The position numbers and the translations under genes were made by a program. DNA of 64,000 nucleotides, from the NCBI RefSeq assembly GCF_006345805.1, contig NC_043008.1, positions 18,538,001-18,602,000 of the forward strand, written 5' to 3'. Positions within the stretch are counted from its first letter, which is position 1, and the number at the start of each line of letters is the position of its first letter. Origin of the DNA: Octopus sinensis (taxonomy: Eukaryota). The notes under the pieces are model-generated. The model did no database searches. It had not been told where the DNA came from and was given only the letters and a program-made list of their open reading frames with translations. Shown here in pieces: positions 1 through 14,005 of this stretch.

Positions 1-297
1 ATTGCCGTTCTCTTTGTATATTTATGTCAGCATCCATTCTCTCGAATTTGTGACTCGGTTGCTATTATTAGTTTTCCGTTTCGTGCACGTTGTTCAAGAA
101 GTCTTGCAAAACGTGCAACAGACAGGAAGCAGAGTGTTGCAATGGAGCCAATATTACATTATTGAGTACATTTTATTTAGTTTGCATATCAGAACACAGA
201 TATAATTTGTACATGTATATGTGTATATTTCTACTCTATAGCCCCATACTAGATAGATACGGAGAGATGGAGGAAGAGGTAGAGACAGATAGACAGA

Positions 298-995
<698 letters not shown>

Positions 996-2053
996 TATAT
1001 CCATCTAGTTTCCAATTGTTGCGTCTATAATCAACCTTTTTATCGTCGATTCGGTCTGTCCATTTATACCTCTTCCTACCCCTGTATCTTTCCATCTATG
1101 CCTCCATTTATTTTCCCACTTCCCTTCTCTGTCTTACTCCCTTCTTTGGCTCTCTTCGCAACAGTCCTTCCTCTCTGGCTTCCGACCTCTTAGGCATTCC
1201 TTCTCTCCCGTCCACAAGACCCCCACAGCCCTTCCTCTTCCCATTTCCTGCTTAAAATCCTTTCTTAAAGTGACCAATAAATTGGCCATTCTAATTTTTT
1301 TATTTATTTATCTTCAATTCTTAATGTCTTTCATTTATACATTTTCTTTCCCAAATGCCGAAAGGCATACAACACTTTTCTTTCAGAGTATTATTACTTC
1401 GCACAACTATTCCTAATCTTGTCTTGAAAAGTGTTGTATGTATTGGTATATACGCTCATTTCCTTTTCGTTTTACCCCGTTTTCCCCACAGCTAGCCTAA
1501 ATTTTCCGGTCAAAAGACTACATATTTTTTCCATTACCGAAAATGTTAAAATTTTTCTCTAATTTCCTACGTTTTCGTCTCCCTGTTGACTATACACTAA
1601 CAGCTTTTTGTGAAGAAATCGAACACTGCTGTGAACGTTTTCAAATTGTGGTTATATTTGGTCAATGATTGACGAGGGGTAAATGCTTTTCTGTTTTTGT
1701 TTCCTTATGAAATGCTTTTCATTTTTCCTGTTAATTAATCTATCCCTTTTACCCTTTCTACCCTTCTGCTTCTCTTTTCTTTTTTCTTTTTGTTTCTTTT
1801 TTGTTAAATGGAATGGTGCCTGATCGAAGGAATAAAAAGAGCGCGCTCTAAGAAGGACCTGGCAGACAGGCGTGGGTTTCGCATGAGGGCAGGGTATCGA
1901 CAAGGTTTGAGGCACTGTTAGATAGCGGTCTCACATCACCCAATGTTACATTAGAAACTGAGGTACTGAGACTAATTTATCAATCTATCTATAAATGTAT
2001 TTACCAACGTACACGCGCATTTCATACGAACACACGCATATCATACGAACACG

Positions 2054-2134
<81 letters not shown>

Positions 2135-2399
2135 TTATATATCCCATCCAGTGCTGTAGAATCTCAGAGATCGTTGTCGATTTCCTTGACCATGTCAACC
2201 ACTGCTTTTCAATTCCACCACCCAGCTCAACATCGGAGAATTGAGATCTTGGATGAGTTTTAGTATGATACTTTCTCTTGTGTCATTATCAATCTCATCT
2301 ACCACTGGTAATTACTGGCTCTAGTCTTAATCCCAATAGAGTTGGTTACCAGGGTACCATGGCATTTAGGTGACTAAGATCTCAACATCCATGCTGAAT

Positions 2400-2556
2400 G
2401 GGATGCCAGCCCGTTTCAAATTTACTCATTTACATTCGAGTGGACCACAGCAATCTGAAATGAATTGCTCAAACATAGAGCGTACCTCTTGATCCGGGAA
2501 TTCGAACCGCGATCCGGCGATCATGAGTGTAACACCCCACGATTAAACATACGCCT
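2400..2556 (-). mobile_element. Degenerate tRNA-derived CORE-type SINE (head 2 plus partial tail X)
   Basis: The reverse complement has a tRNA-like head (GGTTCGAATTCC B box) and aligns by eye with the copy at 26521-26746. Confidence 0.65.
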
Positions 2557-2599
2557 TCACTCTCTCTCACAGCTAAAAAAATCGTTATCCGTAAATAAT

Positions 2600-2766
2600 A
2601 GGCGCAGGAGTGGCTAAGGGGTAAGTAGCTTGTTTACCAACCACATGGTTCCGGGTTCAGTCCCACTGCGTGGCATCTTGGGTAAATGTCTCTACTACTG
2701 TAGCCCCGGGCCGACCAAAGCCTTGTGAGTGGATTGGTAGACGGAAACTGAAAGAAGCCTATCGTA

Positions 2767-2836
<70 letters not shown>

Positions 2837-3048
2837 TGTTGTGTGTCTGTGTTTGACTCCCTAGCATTGCTTGACAACCGATGCTAGTGTGTTTACGTCC
2901 CCGTCACTTAGCGGTTCGGCAAAAGAGACCGATAGAATAAGTACTGGGCTTACAAAGAATAAGTCCCGGGGTCGATTTGCTCGACTAAAGGCGGTGCTCC
3001 AGCATGGCCGCAGTCAAATGACTGAAACAAGTAAATGAGTAAAAGAGT
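2600..3048 (+). mobile_element. Near full-length tRNA-derived SINE, family B (AGGCGCAGGAGTGGCT... head, internal TA tract, CR1-like 3' tail)
   Basis: A box and B-box-like GGTTCAGTCCC; ends in short GAGTAAAA repeats. Further copies at 13680, 16239, 50441, 50985, 57545 and 58281. Confidence 0.9.
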
Positions 3049-3432
3049 AATACAGTAACATGTTCCAATCAAATCAAACGGATTTTTTTTTCTTATTAAT
3101 GAATATTTCCTATTCAATGGCAGTTATTTCTCATATAACAGTATAATCGGTTCGTCAATTTTTCTTATCACTTGGAAATCTTCAAAACGTGAATCTCAGA
3201 GACATCATTTGTGACATTTTAGCTATAATTCATAATGAAATATATGTGTATGCGTGCGTGTTCGCCTGAGCGTGTGGGTATGTGTAAGTCTGTAGGTGTG
3301 ACATAATAATATATGTAAATACGACTTCATTTTAGTTTTGCACTCAAATTTTCGCTATTCATCAGAAAGCAAATTTTCTGTTGGCTGTTAGTAATCAGAT
3401 ATCCAACCTAACCACTTGTTATGATTTCAGAA

Positions 3433-3700
3433 TATAATCAAGATTAAGTAGAGTGAAATATTATCAGATATAAGAGATCTTTTCTGCACATACATCTATA
3501 AATGTGACAGCTTGCTCCAGATTGCAGCAGCTGCAGAGAGATATGATGTAATGTAATTGCTAAATTATAATCAAGATTAAATAGAATGAAATTTTATCGG
3601 ATGCTAAGAGATCTTTTCTTCACATACTTCTATAAATGTGACGTCCTGCTGTTCTAAATTACTGTGGTCGTATAAAAATATGATGTAATATAATTGGTAA
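3433..3700. repeat. Diverged tandem duplication, ~133-bp unit x2
   Basis: TATAATCAAGATTAA...TAAGAGATCTTTTCT...TATAAATGTGAC...ATATGATGTAAT occurs at 3433 and 3566. Confidence 0.85.
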
Positions 3701-4959
3701 TAGTCAGTAACGGAAATATAGAAATCAGACTGGTCTAAGACAGGCGTGATGTTATCTGCTCAAGCTGAAGACGCAGTGTTAATCTCTTATTATGTAACAC
3801 GATTTTGCTCTAGCCATAAAACAGATATAATAATATTTTAATTTCACATTAACCGTTTGAAGAAATGCTGCATGTGATCTGATAACATAACCATTTTTAA
3901 TTCCTTGAAATTACAGCAGGAATATAGTTGTTCGATGCAATCTTTCAACGAAAGAATCTAGGAATATTTTTAAATGTTTTTATCAGAGAAACAAAAAGAA
4001 ATTACTATGTGACTAGTTCCATGAATTAACCTTCTATCATCTATAGTAATATATATTGTTATTGTACAAAATATGTGGTATATATTTGTTGTTGGAGCTG
4101 GTTATTTGTGACTCAATGCAGTTGAAATGTTGAAGTAGATGCCGTTTATCCACCTGCGAATAAACAAATGCGCTCTATTAACTCGGCTTACAGCTGCACT
4201 TTTTGGTAAACAAAATGAGTTAGACGAAATTAAAACGATATGAATTTCCCATACTTCTTTTCATGTGAAGAAATTTCTTAAATTAAATGTGGAAAATAAT
4301 TGCTAGATGCAATCTATCAGAAAGAAAGACGTTCTTATATTTTTCTTCTCCTCTTCTTAATCATAGAAAAGAAAATTAATAAAAGTAAAAGGTAAACAAT
4401 TTTTTTTTTCAATTGTATAAACGAATACAATGGAGGAAGAATTAATGAACGAAAGAATAAGCGAGCGAATGAAGGAATGAAGGAATCTCGCATTGATGGA
4501 AACAAATATAAACCAGTGAGAGAGGAGCTTGAGAATCATGTTCAGCGAATTTTTCTATAATTCATTTTACAAGCATGTTTTTGCTTTTGTTTTCACTATT
4601 GTTTATTAAAATTTCTTCCCGTGCTTTTGTGAGCGGCCATGTAACAATTTGGATTACCCTGAGATCAACTTCAAATCGATACAATCTAAAATTCCGGTGA
4701 GATATGAATGTTATGGATTTGTGTCTTCAGCCGTAAATCCTTTTAGATAGGCATGAAATATCATGGGAATCATAATAATTTTTTTTTTTTTCCTTTCCTT
4801 TGCCTTTTTAGTTACATTTTGTTTTTGAAGATTTCGTATTTCTTTTTAGAAACGCTGTCTTGAAAATTAGAAAAATACATTTCAATGTATAAGATTGCAT
4901 TGAACGAAGATAGTTTTTAATAAAACCGATTCTCTATCGTATGTGTTTCCTCATCCAGA

Positions 4960-5034
4960 TACACACTGACACAGACACACAAACACACATACACACACAA
5001 ACACACACAGCGTATATGAATCTGTTTATATATA

Positions 5035-5084
<50 letters not shown>

Positions 5085-5214
5085 TACATATATATACATT
5101 TTATACACCACACACACACACATATATATATATATATACTTATATACACACACACACACAGTGTATATATACCTGTCTATCTCTCTCTCTATATATATAT
5201 TTTATACAAATATA

Positions 5215-5245
<31 letters not shown>

Positions 5246-5298
5246 TATATATATATATATGAATATATGTGTGTGTATGTGTTTTTTGTGTGATTATG

Positions 5299-5338
<40 letters not shown>

Positions 5339-5546
5339 TACATATATGTATGCACATATATATATATATGTATATATATATATTATATATATATATATGC
5401 ATATACATATATATATATATACACACACATACATATATATATACATATATGTATATATATATACACACACATACATATATATATATTTTATACACATAGA
5501 TATATATACATATATATATACATACACACATACATATATATATACA

Positions 5547-5578
<32 letters not shown>

Positions 5579-5590
5579 CATATATACTTG
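4960..5590. repeat. (TA)n/(CA)n/(TACA)n microsatellite field
   Basis: Direct reading; source of the YI/CV ORFs. Confidence 0.97.
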
Positions 5591-7199
5591 ATGTATCTTT
5601 GATATGTCTATATGTGAGTGCGTGTGTGTGTCTTATTTTTAAAACGTCGTATTGTTGTTATTGCAAATTCTTAAGGTGTTGTTGTTGCAGTTTTTTTATA
5701 CCTTCTTCGTGTGATATCTCTGTTCATTTCCGTTGTAGTTGCTATTACTAATGTTAAAGAGGAACATTTGAGTATTCCTCTTCAGTATTTTAGTTATTTC
5801 TTAATGGAAGGAATGTTTTGGAGTTGTTCCAAATTCACTTCCATTTCAAGTTATGTTTCAAAATTATTTGCAAAATTTTGATAACCACTCCTATTTTCCC
5901 AATTATCACTGAAATGGTTTGGACTATTTTAATGATCAATATTTTTCTTTTTCCACTTATCATTATATAGTGTTTATTTTAATAGAATTTTCATATTTGT
6001 TTTTTACTTTACATCTTTGTTTCGTTATCTCTCTAACTTCTATTTTCCCTTTCATCTGGGAATGTTAGCATGCTTTCTGTTGGATCCGACATTAAAATCA
6101 TTCGATTCGAGGCAAAACAGTTTTTCTCCTCTAGTTAATACTCCAAAAGAGGTCTTCATACCAAATTCCGATATTTTAAAGCTTCCGATCCGACAAAGGC
6201 GCCTCTATGTCTCCTCTTGAAATGTAATAAATAGCAGTCAATTATCCCTCTTGGGAATGATAGGTGATATCGGATAGTCGTAATCCCAGGTGACCCTACA
6301 AATGATGGTCCTACAGGGAATGATTTTGACTCGTGCTTTTACCAGGTCAAATAGTAGTTCTAGGTGCCAAAACAGCAAATTAAACTAAAAGATTATAACC
6401 AATTCGTATTATTACATTTCCTGAATATATGATAAAGATACTATTAAAATTTCCCAAAGTTATTCAGAAGACACCTCGCTTAAGTTATTCGCAGAACAGA
6501 TTCACATACAGTTGAATTCAGTTACATACATTGTAATTTCCATAATTCGCTTTACTTGGAATTCGTTTTCCTAAACTGATCGCTTCTTCTCTTCATTTAT
6601 CTCCTCCGTGCCTCATATTTCCTGCTGTAATCACATCGTCAATAACACCTTTTAAAGACGTCCACACCAACAATGTAATCCTTCTAATCATCCCGCTACG
6701 CGTGTAAGTGAAATTTAGTTGATGCTGCTTAAAGCGAGACCAGCTATCATCAAGCAGAAGTGACTCGATAATAGCAAAGATTTTCCAGATCTGAGCAATC
6801 TATCTGTTTGGAAAGATACTGTAACTATCACAGTATCGGGTGATGTTAAAAAGATCCTGGCTTCAGGTAAAAGAAAATACGGAAGGACCAGTTAATTATG
6901 ATTGTAGTCTCCCAGATTCACACACCTATTGCAGCGGTCCTTCAGATTTTCTAAGCCCAGTAAAATAACTCGGAAGTTTGGGCTTTCAGTCAAGGATTTG
7001 GCGATACCCTTAAAGCAAGGAACTTTCAGCATCCCTAGTATTGTGTTATTTATCCTTCGTTTTTAAATCATAAACGTTTGAGTTACAGGATATCTTGCTA
7101 TTTTTTCTAGCTGGCCAAAAAAATCATAGAATAACTCTAGTTTATGCGGCGCTACCCACATTTACAGCATAGACATTGAAACAACAAGATATCATACTC

Positions 7200-7700
7200 C
7201 TCTTTTACATTATGATTTAGGGAGAGGAACTGCATTTGTGGCATTCGCAGGTCTTTCAGGACAACAGAATTTGATGTTATTAACGTAACGTTTTAACTGT
7301 TGTAAGGGACTAACGGTTTGCCTGGAGTTGGTTCTAACGGTTAATGATTAACCTGAGGTAGAGACACTATGAAGTTTGAAAGAGGAGAGCTGTGCATGTA
7401 ATAGGGACTGGCACGAATCAAGCCAAAATAGGTATAGCGACAGAAAAATGTAGGGAAAGGAAACGTCATGTAACTGGAAAAGCTTGTTTGAGGAAGTTTG
7501 AAAATTAAATGAGGCTAATCGTTCGAATCTTTTGAAAGAGCTCAGGGTAGTTTGTGTACGTATCAGGAGTATTGTGGCACAGGTGGGAACAATGCAATGC
7601 GAGTTTCACTTTTGTCTGGAAGAGATCTAATAGCTTTTGAATGATTAGGAATTTCCTTGATTTGAAGTGGAATGCCCCTGTTCTTCAACTACTTTCACGT
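7200..7700 (-). mobile_element. Highly degenerate CR1/L2-group LINE 3' fragment
   Basis: The minus strand gives KVKLALHCSHL...LFQKIRTISLI, resembling the (E)YCSH(L/I)W...IQ..AIRLI segment downstream of the RT in CR1/L2-type ORF2. Confidence 0.4.
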
Positions 7701-9085
7701 CAAAAGTCTAGACTATTTACACACACTGTTAACATTTTGGATGGTACAAAAGGAAAATGGATAAACTAAAGACTAAGAAAATTTTAACCATAACCTCAGT
7801 ACAAATATATGTGTAACGAATCTGGAAATTAGATTCAACCAACTTTCTCTAAAAGAATTTAATATTTTAATCTCAGTTCCTTAGAGCCATTTTATTACCA
7901 ATTCTTTTTGTCTGAAATTGTAAATGCGTAAACTTATTCTCAACAAAAAGTTTTATTTGCATTGCTTTTGTATTTTTATTTCACCGAGTTTAACATTCTC
8001 AAAATCATCAATAAAAAATATGATTTGCAGCCAGCGTTGTGATCTTTAGCTGGTATCTGAGAAAGATGTTCAATGTCAATAAACATAACATGGAAAATAA
8101 ATGTGAGATGTTCTGACACACAATTCTAACTTCTTCTCCCACTGACATTTTCATTTCTTTCTTTTCAGCTTATGTAAGCCCATCTTCAACGAAAAAGCAC
8201 GCTTTATCAATAGCACTTTTTCATATTAACATTCAGCTGCAGCAGAATCTGGCACTTAATAATCCACAAAAACGGAAGTTTCTTATGGTTTTATTTTATG
8301 TCCTTTTTTTAATATTTTTAAATCGTTCATGCCATTTTTGTACCGATTCGTTCAGTCCAGATATTTCATGTTGTCAATAACCCCTTGATATTTCCACCCA
8401 CTGAATCTTTTCTGATGTAATACTTCTGTAGCGTACAACACAACCTATTTACCTCAAGATATGTATAAATTATTTCTGCAATAAAAACCCTCAATAGTTC
8501 CTCATCATCTACTGACAGTCTGATTTCTTATTTTTATTTCCTATTTTAAGCCGGATCCATTCAGTCGAGTGTACATTTACATCAGTCTCTTTCTCTCTTT
8601 CTCTTTCTCTCTGTATCTCTCATCCTTTCGCTCTAACAAGCTGATTTCCGTGCTGTTGTCACAATGGATGATATAACAGGCATTTGCTTTGGCAGTTATC
8701 GTACTAAACCTGCTTCGTTAAAAGTTCTGAAAGCAAAGTGCGTCCTGTTTAACAATCATTATCTCTAGCAGTCAGACTATTATATTATTTTATCACATCT
8801 TCTAATTCTTCACTCATCCTTTGGATTCCAATATTTCTTCAGTTTACGAAAGAATAGCTTTTTATTATTTTTATTCCTAATAATTCTCTTTCTCAGGTTT
8901 TCACATCTAGATATTTTCCTCTCATCTTTCTTTGTGCTTTTCTTTCAATTTCCTTGGTATAATAACCCATTCAAGCATTTACTGTTTTTAATTGTTATAG
9001 ATTACACATATTATTGATATTATTTGCTAAATTACATTACACTTTCAGTTTAATAGCAGTTTTTTTCTAAAATATTTTTTCACAA

Positions 9086-9473
9086 TTTTGCAATCATCGT
9101 TAAAAAGTATATTAACGTTAAAGGAGAAGAATACTGTTTCCTCGTTTACACTTACAAGCACCAAAATGGTAACTAAATTCCTTAACTGTGTAATAGTGAA
9201 GAATTGCGCTTAATCCAACGATAATACTCCTCCCTACTCATAGTATTTAACAACCAAATCCCTCTCTAATACACATTTCTATCTTAACAGATTTTCAACC
9301 ATCGTTAAAGAGTATATTAATGTTAAGCTAGAAAACTACTGTTTCCTAGTTTACACTTACAATTTCCACAATGGTAACTAAATTCCTTAACGCTTAATCC
9401 AACGATAATACTCCTCCCCACTCATAGTATTTAACAACCAAATCCCTCTCTAATAACACCTTTATATCTTAAC
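9086..9473. repeat. Diverged tandem duplication, ~205-bp unit x2 (second copy has a ~20-bp deletion)
   Basis: CATCGTTAAA..GTATATTAA..GTTTACACTTACAA..AATGGTAACTAAATTCCTTAAC..GCTTAATCCAACGATAATACTCCTCCC..CTCATAGTATTTAACAACCAAATCCCTCTCTAATA is present twice. Confidence 0.9.
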
Positions 9474-10211
9474 TAGGGATGCATTGGATAATGTATTCCG
9501 TAGAAACTGTTGCTAAAACAAAAAGAATTCTGCAGCTGAAATAATTTTCATATTTCGTTTGTTGGATTCTTCAAAATACAAAGCTAACGGCAAAGGCTAT
9601 ACCACTGGCCGCGAGCCTAGTCACTCTGGTTTGACTAAAGTTGCTTCCATAACTGCCTGGCTTAAGTTTTCTTGCATTAGTTTTATTATTTAAATAGCTA
9701 AAAAAGATATACAAAGTTTGTCTGACAACTTGGGAATTATAATAAAGTCTTTCCTCGCCTCCTTTGAATTATTCGAGTTTAAATGTTTTCAGAATAAATT
9801 GGAAGCAAGATGTTTTCGATGTATTTTCGAATATTTCCGTCTGAAGTAATTGTGAATAAATTATATGTCTGATAACCTTTAGAATAAGTAGCAAATCACA
9901 TTACACTGTACAATTGTGCTTTTCAAATCAATTTCCTTCTGAATTTAAGTACCTACGAAACATAATAAATGAATTAAAGATATCACGTTAGAATGCTTTC
10001 ACGTTGCTTCAAACGTTTTTAATGCAAATAGACCGAGTAAATAACACAAAGGACAACCAAAGTGCGGATCTCGTGATCGTATCCAATTGAAGAAACTTCA
10101 TTTTGTCTATTACAGCTTCAACGTTTTTCTACCAAGCTTGAATTACTTTGTTAATATTTGGCACAGCCGGGCCAGTTCAGATCTTGCAGATATATCCCCT
10201 AGCTTAGTTTA

Positions 10212-10812
10212 AGGCGGCGAGGTGGCAGAAACTTTAGCACGCCAGGCGAAATGCGTAGCTGTATTTCGTCTGTCGTAACGTTCGGCGTTCAAAATTCCGC
10301 CGAGGTAGACTTTGCCTTTCATCCTTTCGGGATCGATAAATTAAGTACCACTTACGCACTGGGGTCAATCTAATCGACTTAATCCATTTGTCTGTCCTTG
10401 TTTGTCCTCTCTGTGTTAAGCTCCTTGTGGGTAGTAAAGAAATATATATTTCGTCTGTCGTTATGTTGTGACTTCAAATTCCGCCGAGCTCGACTTTGCC
10501 TTTCGTCCTTTCGGGGTCGATAAATTAAGTACCAGTTACGTACTGGGGTCGATGTAATCGACTTAATCTGTTTGTCTGTCCTTGTTTGTCCCCTCTGTGT
10601 TTAGCCCCTGGTGGGTAGTAAAGAAATATATATTTCTTCTGTCGTTACGTTCCGAGCTCAAATCCGCCGAGGTCGACTTTGCCTTTCATCGTTTCGGGGT
10701 CGATAAATTAAGAACCAGTTACGCACTGGGGTCGATTTAATAGACTTAATCTCTTTGTCTGTCCTTGTTTGTCCCCTCTGTGTTTAGCCCCTTGTGGGTA
10801 GTAAAGAAATAT
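10212..10812 (+). mobile_element. tRNA-derived SINE family A: one head plus three tandem ~185-bp body units
   Basis: Head GGCGGCGAGGTGGCAGAAAC with B-box-like GTTCAAATTC. The unit TATTTCGTCTG...GCCTTTCATCCTTTCGGGGTCGATAAATTAAGTACCAG...GTGGGTAGTAAAGAAAT is repeated three times. Its core resembles the Deu/Nin SINE domain (from memory). Confidence 0.92.
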
Positions 10813-11929
10813 ATATGACCTAGCTTAGTTTCTACTTCTGGTAAGGCAGTTGTACGTACTTACATACGTATCGATTCCACAAAACCACAGTCCTGATACT
10901 AGTAGAACATCATCAATATTTTTACACTCCAGGAACTTGTGACGCTTCACCGACATATCAAGATCTATTAACAAGGTAAAGCGGCCTACCTGTAACAAGA
11001 AACCAAGTGAAGTAGAGAATCTGCTTTCTGGGTTTGCTTCATTTCTTCCGGAATCATATAAATAACGATATTTATGACAGCACACTTGTTTCGCTAACAC
11101 GTTTGTGGCATATATAAATGACATATATGTAATTTAAGCATACTAAATATGATCACATCATTACGTAAATGTGAATTTCAAAGTATTATACAAGATAATT
11201 CATTATCTTTTAGTTTGAGATTGATCTATGCATTAAATGTCTTGCTCAGATGTAGGCAGAAGGGAACTTGACATTTGTTGTCGATTTTATACTGTCCGAC
11301 CAAGAATCAAAAGATTTCGTCTTCTGGTGTGCTTATGTTTAAGGTCAAGCCACTTTCAACGATTAGTTCATCCTTAAAAAATGGCGCTGGAAACTGCTTA
11401 GTACATTAGTTGGTTTTCATAGAAAGTCCATTCAACGTATTGTTAAATATAAATATATCTTGACTTTCACGATACTCAAAATACATTTTATTCTTTTTTA
11501 CAGGTGTCAAAATCTCTATAGGTATAGTGGAATCAATCATACGCTGGTCAATTATTCTCGTTGAGCGGTTAAATCGCGGCCATGAGGCAAAATATTTTTT
11601 AAACGTTTATAAGCGATAGAAACATCATTTATTGCAACTGTAGCATAAACTGCATCGTCATGCCTCTAAGCGGAACTAGCAACCGGAAACTGTGACTTCT
11701 GTATAATTTAAATAAAGTAGACATTTCTATTCTAGACTAACAAGCGTAAACAGCAGCATTTACAATGATGGAGTCTTCTCTAAAACAAAAAAAAAAGCCC
11801 ATTTAGATAGAGGGGCAAAGAGAAAGGAAAGATATACGTATTACAATCGCAAAGAGTTCAGTGATGAGCAGAAAGGAGAGACTAATCCATACGAATAACA
11901 GAGGGGCAAGAGAATAATGTACACACAAA

Positions 11930-11966
<37 letters not shown>

Positions 11967-12273
11967 AGAGAGAGAGAGGGGGGAGATAGATAGATATATA
12001 CACACACAATAGTGTTAGTGCATATGTATATAAGGACGTGTACATTCGCATTTAACACATTAAGATACAACGAATCGTTGTTCGATCTTTGCTGCAATAA
12101 CTAAGCTGGAGGAGAAAATCCCCCTTTTATACTGTGAGAGAATGGTTTATTAATACCAGAAGGCATATGTTTCTCTGAGATTATGATGCATCAATTTCAT
12201 ACGCCGAATCACTCATTCACAGCCTACTGTGCCATGTCGAGACAGAATTAATTATTAAAACCTAATTCAGCAA

Positions 12274-12644
12274 CGGTATTTAAAATAAGGATGCGTAGAT
12301 TTAAATGTAACACGTTCATGTACAATCGAAGATGAAGAGACCTTCGTTGTGGCAACTGTCTTGGGAAACGGTTACTTCTTAGAGACAGTGTATATGAAAA
12401 AAGGGCCGAAGTGGGACATGGAGGACGTCTTTGGAATGTAAGATATGTTTATGTAAATTTACATTTCATCAGCTACGGATGCCAAAAGAGTCGTCCTCCA
12501 TATCCCACTTCGCTGTGTTTTCATATAGACTGATCTATAAGAAGTATTTGTTTTCCAAGACAGTTGCCACAACGAAGATTTCTCATATTTGATTGTACAC
12601 AAATGTGTTACATATAAATCTACGCACCCTTATTTTAAATATCG
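12274..12644. repeat. Long imperfect palindrome (fold-back/MITE-like): ~160-bp arms, ~45-bp loop
   Basis: The left arm (GTATTTAAAATAAGG..GCGTAGATTTA..TTCGTTGTGGCAACTGTCTTGG..CGAAGTGGGA.ATGGAGGACG) is the reverse complement of the right arm at 12482-12644. Confidence 0.92.
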
Positions 12645-13439
12645 GATTTTAAGTGATGGTTCGAAATTCACTAAGAACTGCAATCGTTGTATGTAAATAA
12701 CAAAAAAATACACATACTGGCGTAAGCTGAACTTTGTCACGCTGGAAATGACAATATTGAAACCACACGACTAAGCCGCAGTGGTTTAAATAAGGCTGAG
12801 CATATCCAAAATAACATATTTGTGTACATCAAAACATGGAAAAAGCGGCATAAATATTGTTTGCACTTGTATATATTGCCTGTATGCATCTCGCCGTCAC
12901 TGTCGTATTTTGTTTGCATATAACTATGCGTATAACATATTTATTTTCATAGATATCTATGCATGGAAATACATTTCCATGATTTTATTTATCTTTCAAA
13001 AAATCATAAATCTATATGAATAGTTTTTCAAATACCAATATTCTAACATATCATAATATTTATTATCAGATTAATGACAAATTATTCAACTTATTTATGT
13101 ATTCTCACAAGCATTTACATATCAGTGACGCCCGCCGTTATCTGTAGACGTATGAAGAGAGTTTCTAGTTACGAGATTATTTATAACATCAAAAACTTCT
13201 CATCATGCTCTTAAATATACGCTATACATGTGTGTGAGAGTGTGCGCGCGAGTGTGTGTATGCATATACATACATCCGTCTGTGTATCTATGTATGTGTC
13301 TGTGTGTGTATTTATGTATGTATGTATATATGTATGTACATGGAAAATATCCTTTCATAAGCATATGCAAACGCTTATCATATACAGAGCATACATATAT
13401 ATATGTACATGCATAAATGCAAATCGATAGATACATACA

Positions 13440-13540
13440 TGGATGGATGGATGGATTGCTAGCGAGAGAGACAGAGAGACAGAGAGACAGGCAGACAGGC
13501 AGACAGGCAGACAGGCAGGCAGGCAGACAGGCAGACAGGT

Positions 13541-13618
<78 letters not shown>

Positions 13619-13620
13619 GC
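13440..13620. repeat. (GGAT)/(GACA)/(GATA)n microsatellite
   Basis: Direct reading. Confidence 0.95.
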
Positions 13621-13679
13621 ATTTGAAAATATGTGTGTGTGTACATTATATATTTTATTAGCTACTTATCTTAGACATT

Positions 13680-14005
13680 AGTTTGCGGCCATGGTGGGAC
13701 ACTTTCTTTATGAATTCTTGTTCCAGTAATTCATTTGTTTAAGCCTGGTACTTACTGTGTTAGATTGTTTTGTCGAACCACTAAGTTATCGGAACATAAA
13801 TTCATCAATAGTTGTTGTCAAGCAGTGTGGGGTCAAACACAGACACAAAGACACACAAACATAGGTATACGAGGGCTTTTTTCAGTTTTCGTCTACCCAA
13901 TTCACTGACAAGTTTTTGGTCGGCCCGACGCTATAACAGCAGACACTTGCACACGGAACTATGTCGATCGGAATCAAGCTTCTTATTACACAGCCACGCC
14001 TGCCT
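13680..14005 (-). mobile_element. Degenerate SINE family B copy
   Basis: Reverse complement matches the head, central part and tail of 2600-3048. Confidence 0.75.

Noticed and set aside
4633-4695. Possible 63-nt exon RPCNNLDYPEINFKSIQSKIP with a GTGAGA donor; similar isolated AG/GT windows at 99, 8169, 11504, 27347, 45132, 52148 and 55600 (minus)
   Set aside because: No recognisable domain and no consistent exon chain; such sites are common by chance in AT-rich DNA.
8350-9700. LINE RT remnant on the minus strand (VIDNMKYL, SRPV..PL motifs)
   Set aside because: The motif matches are too short and scattered to call.
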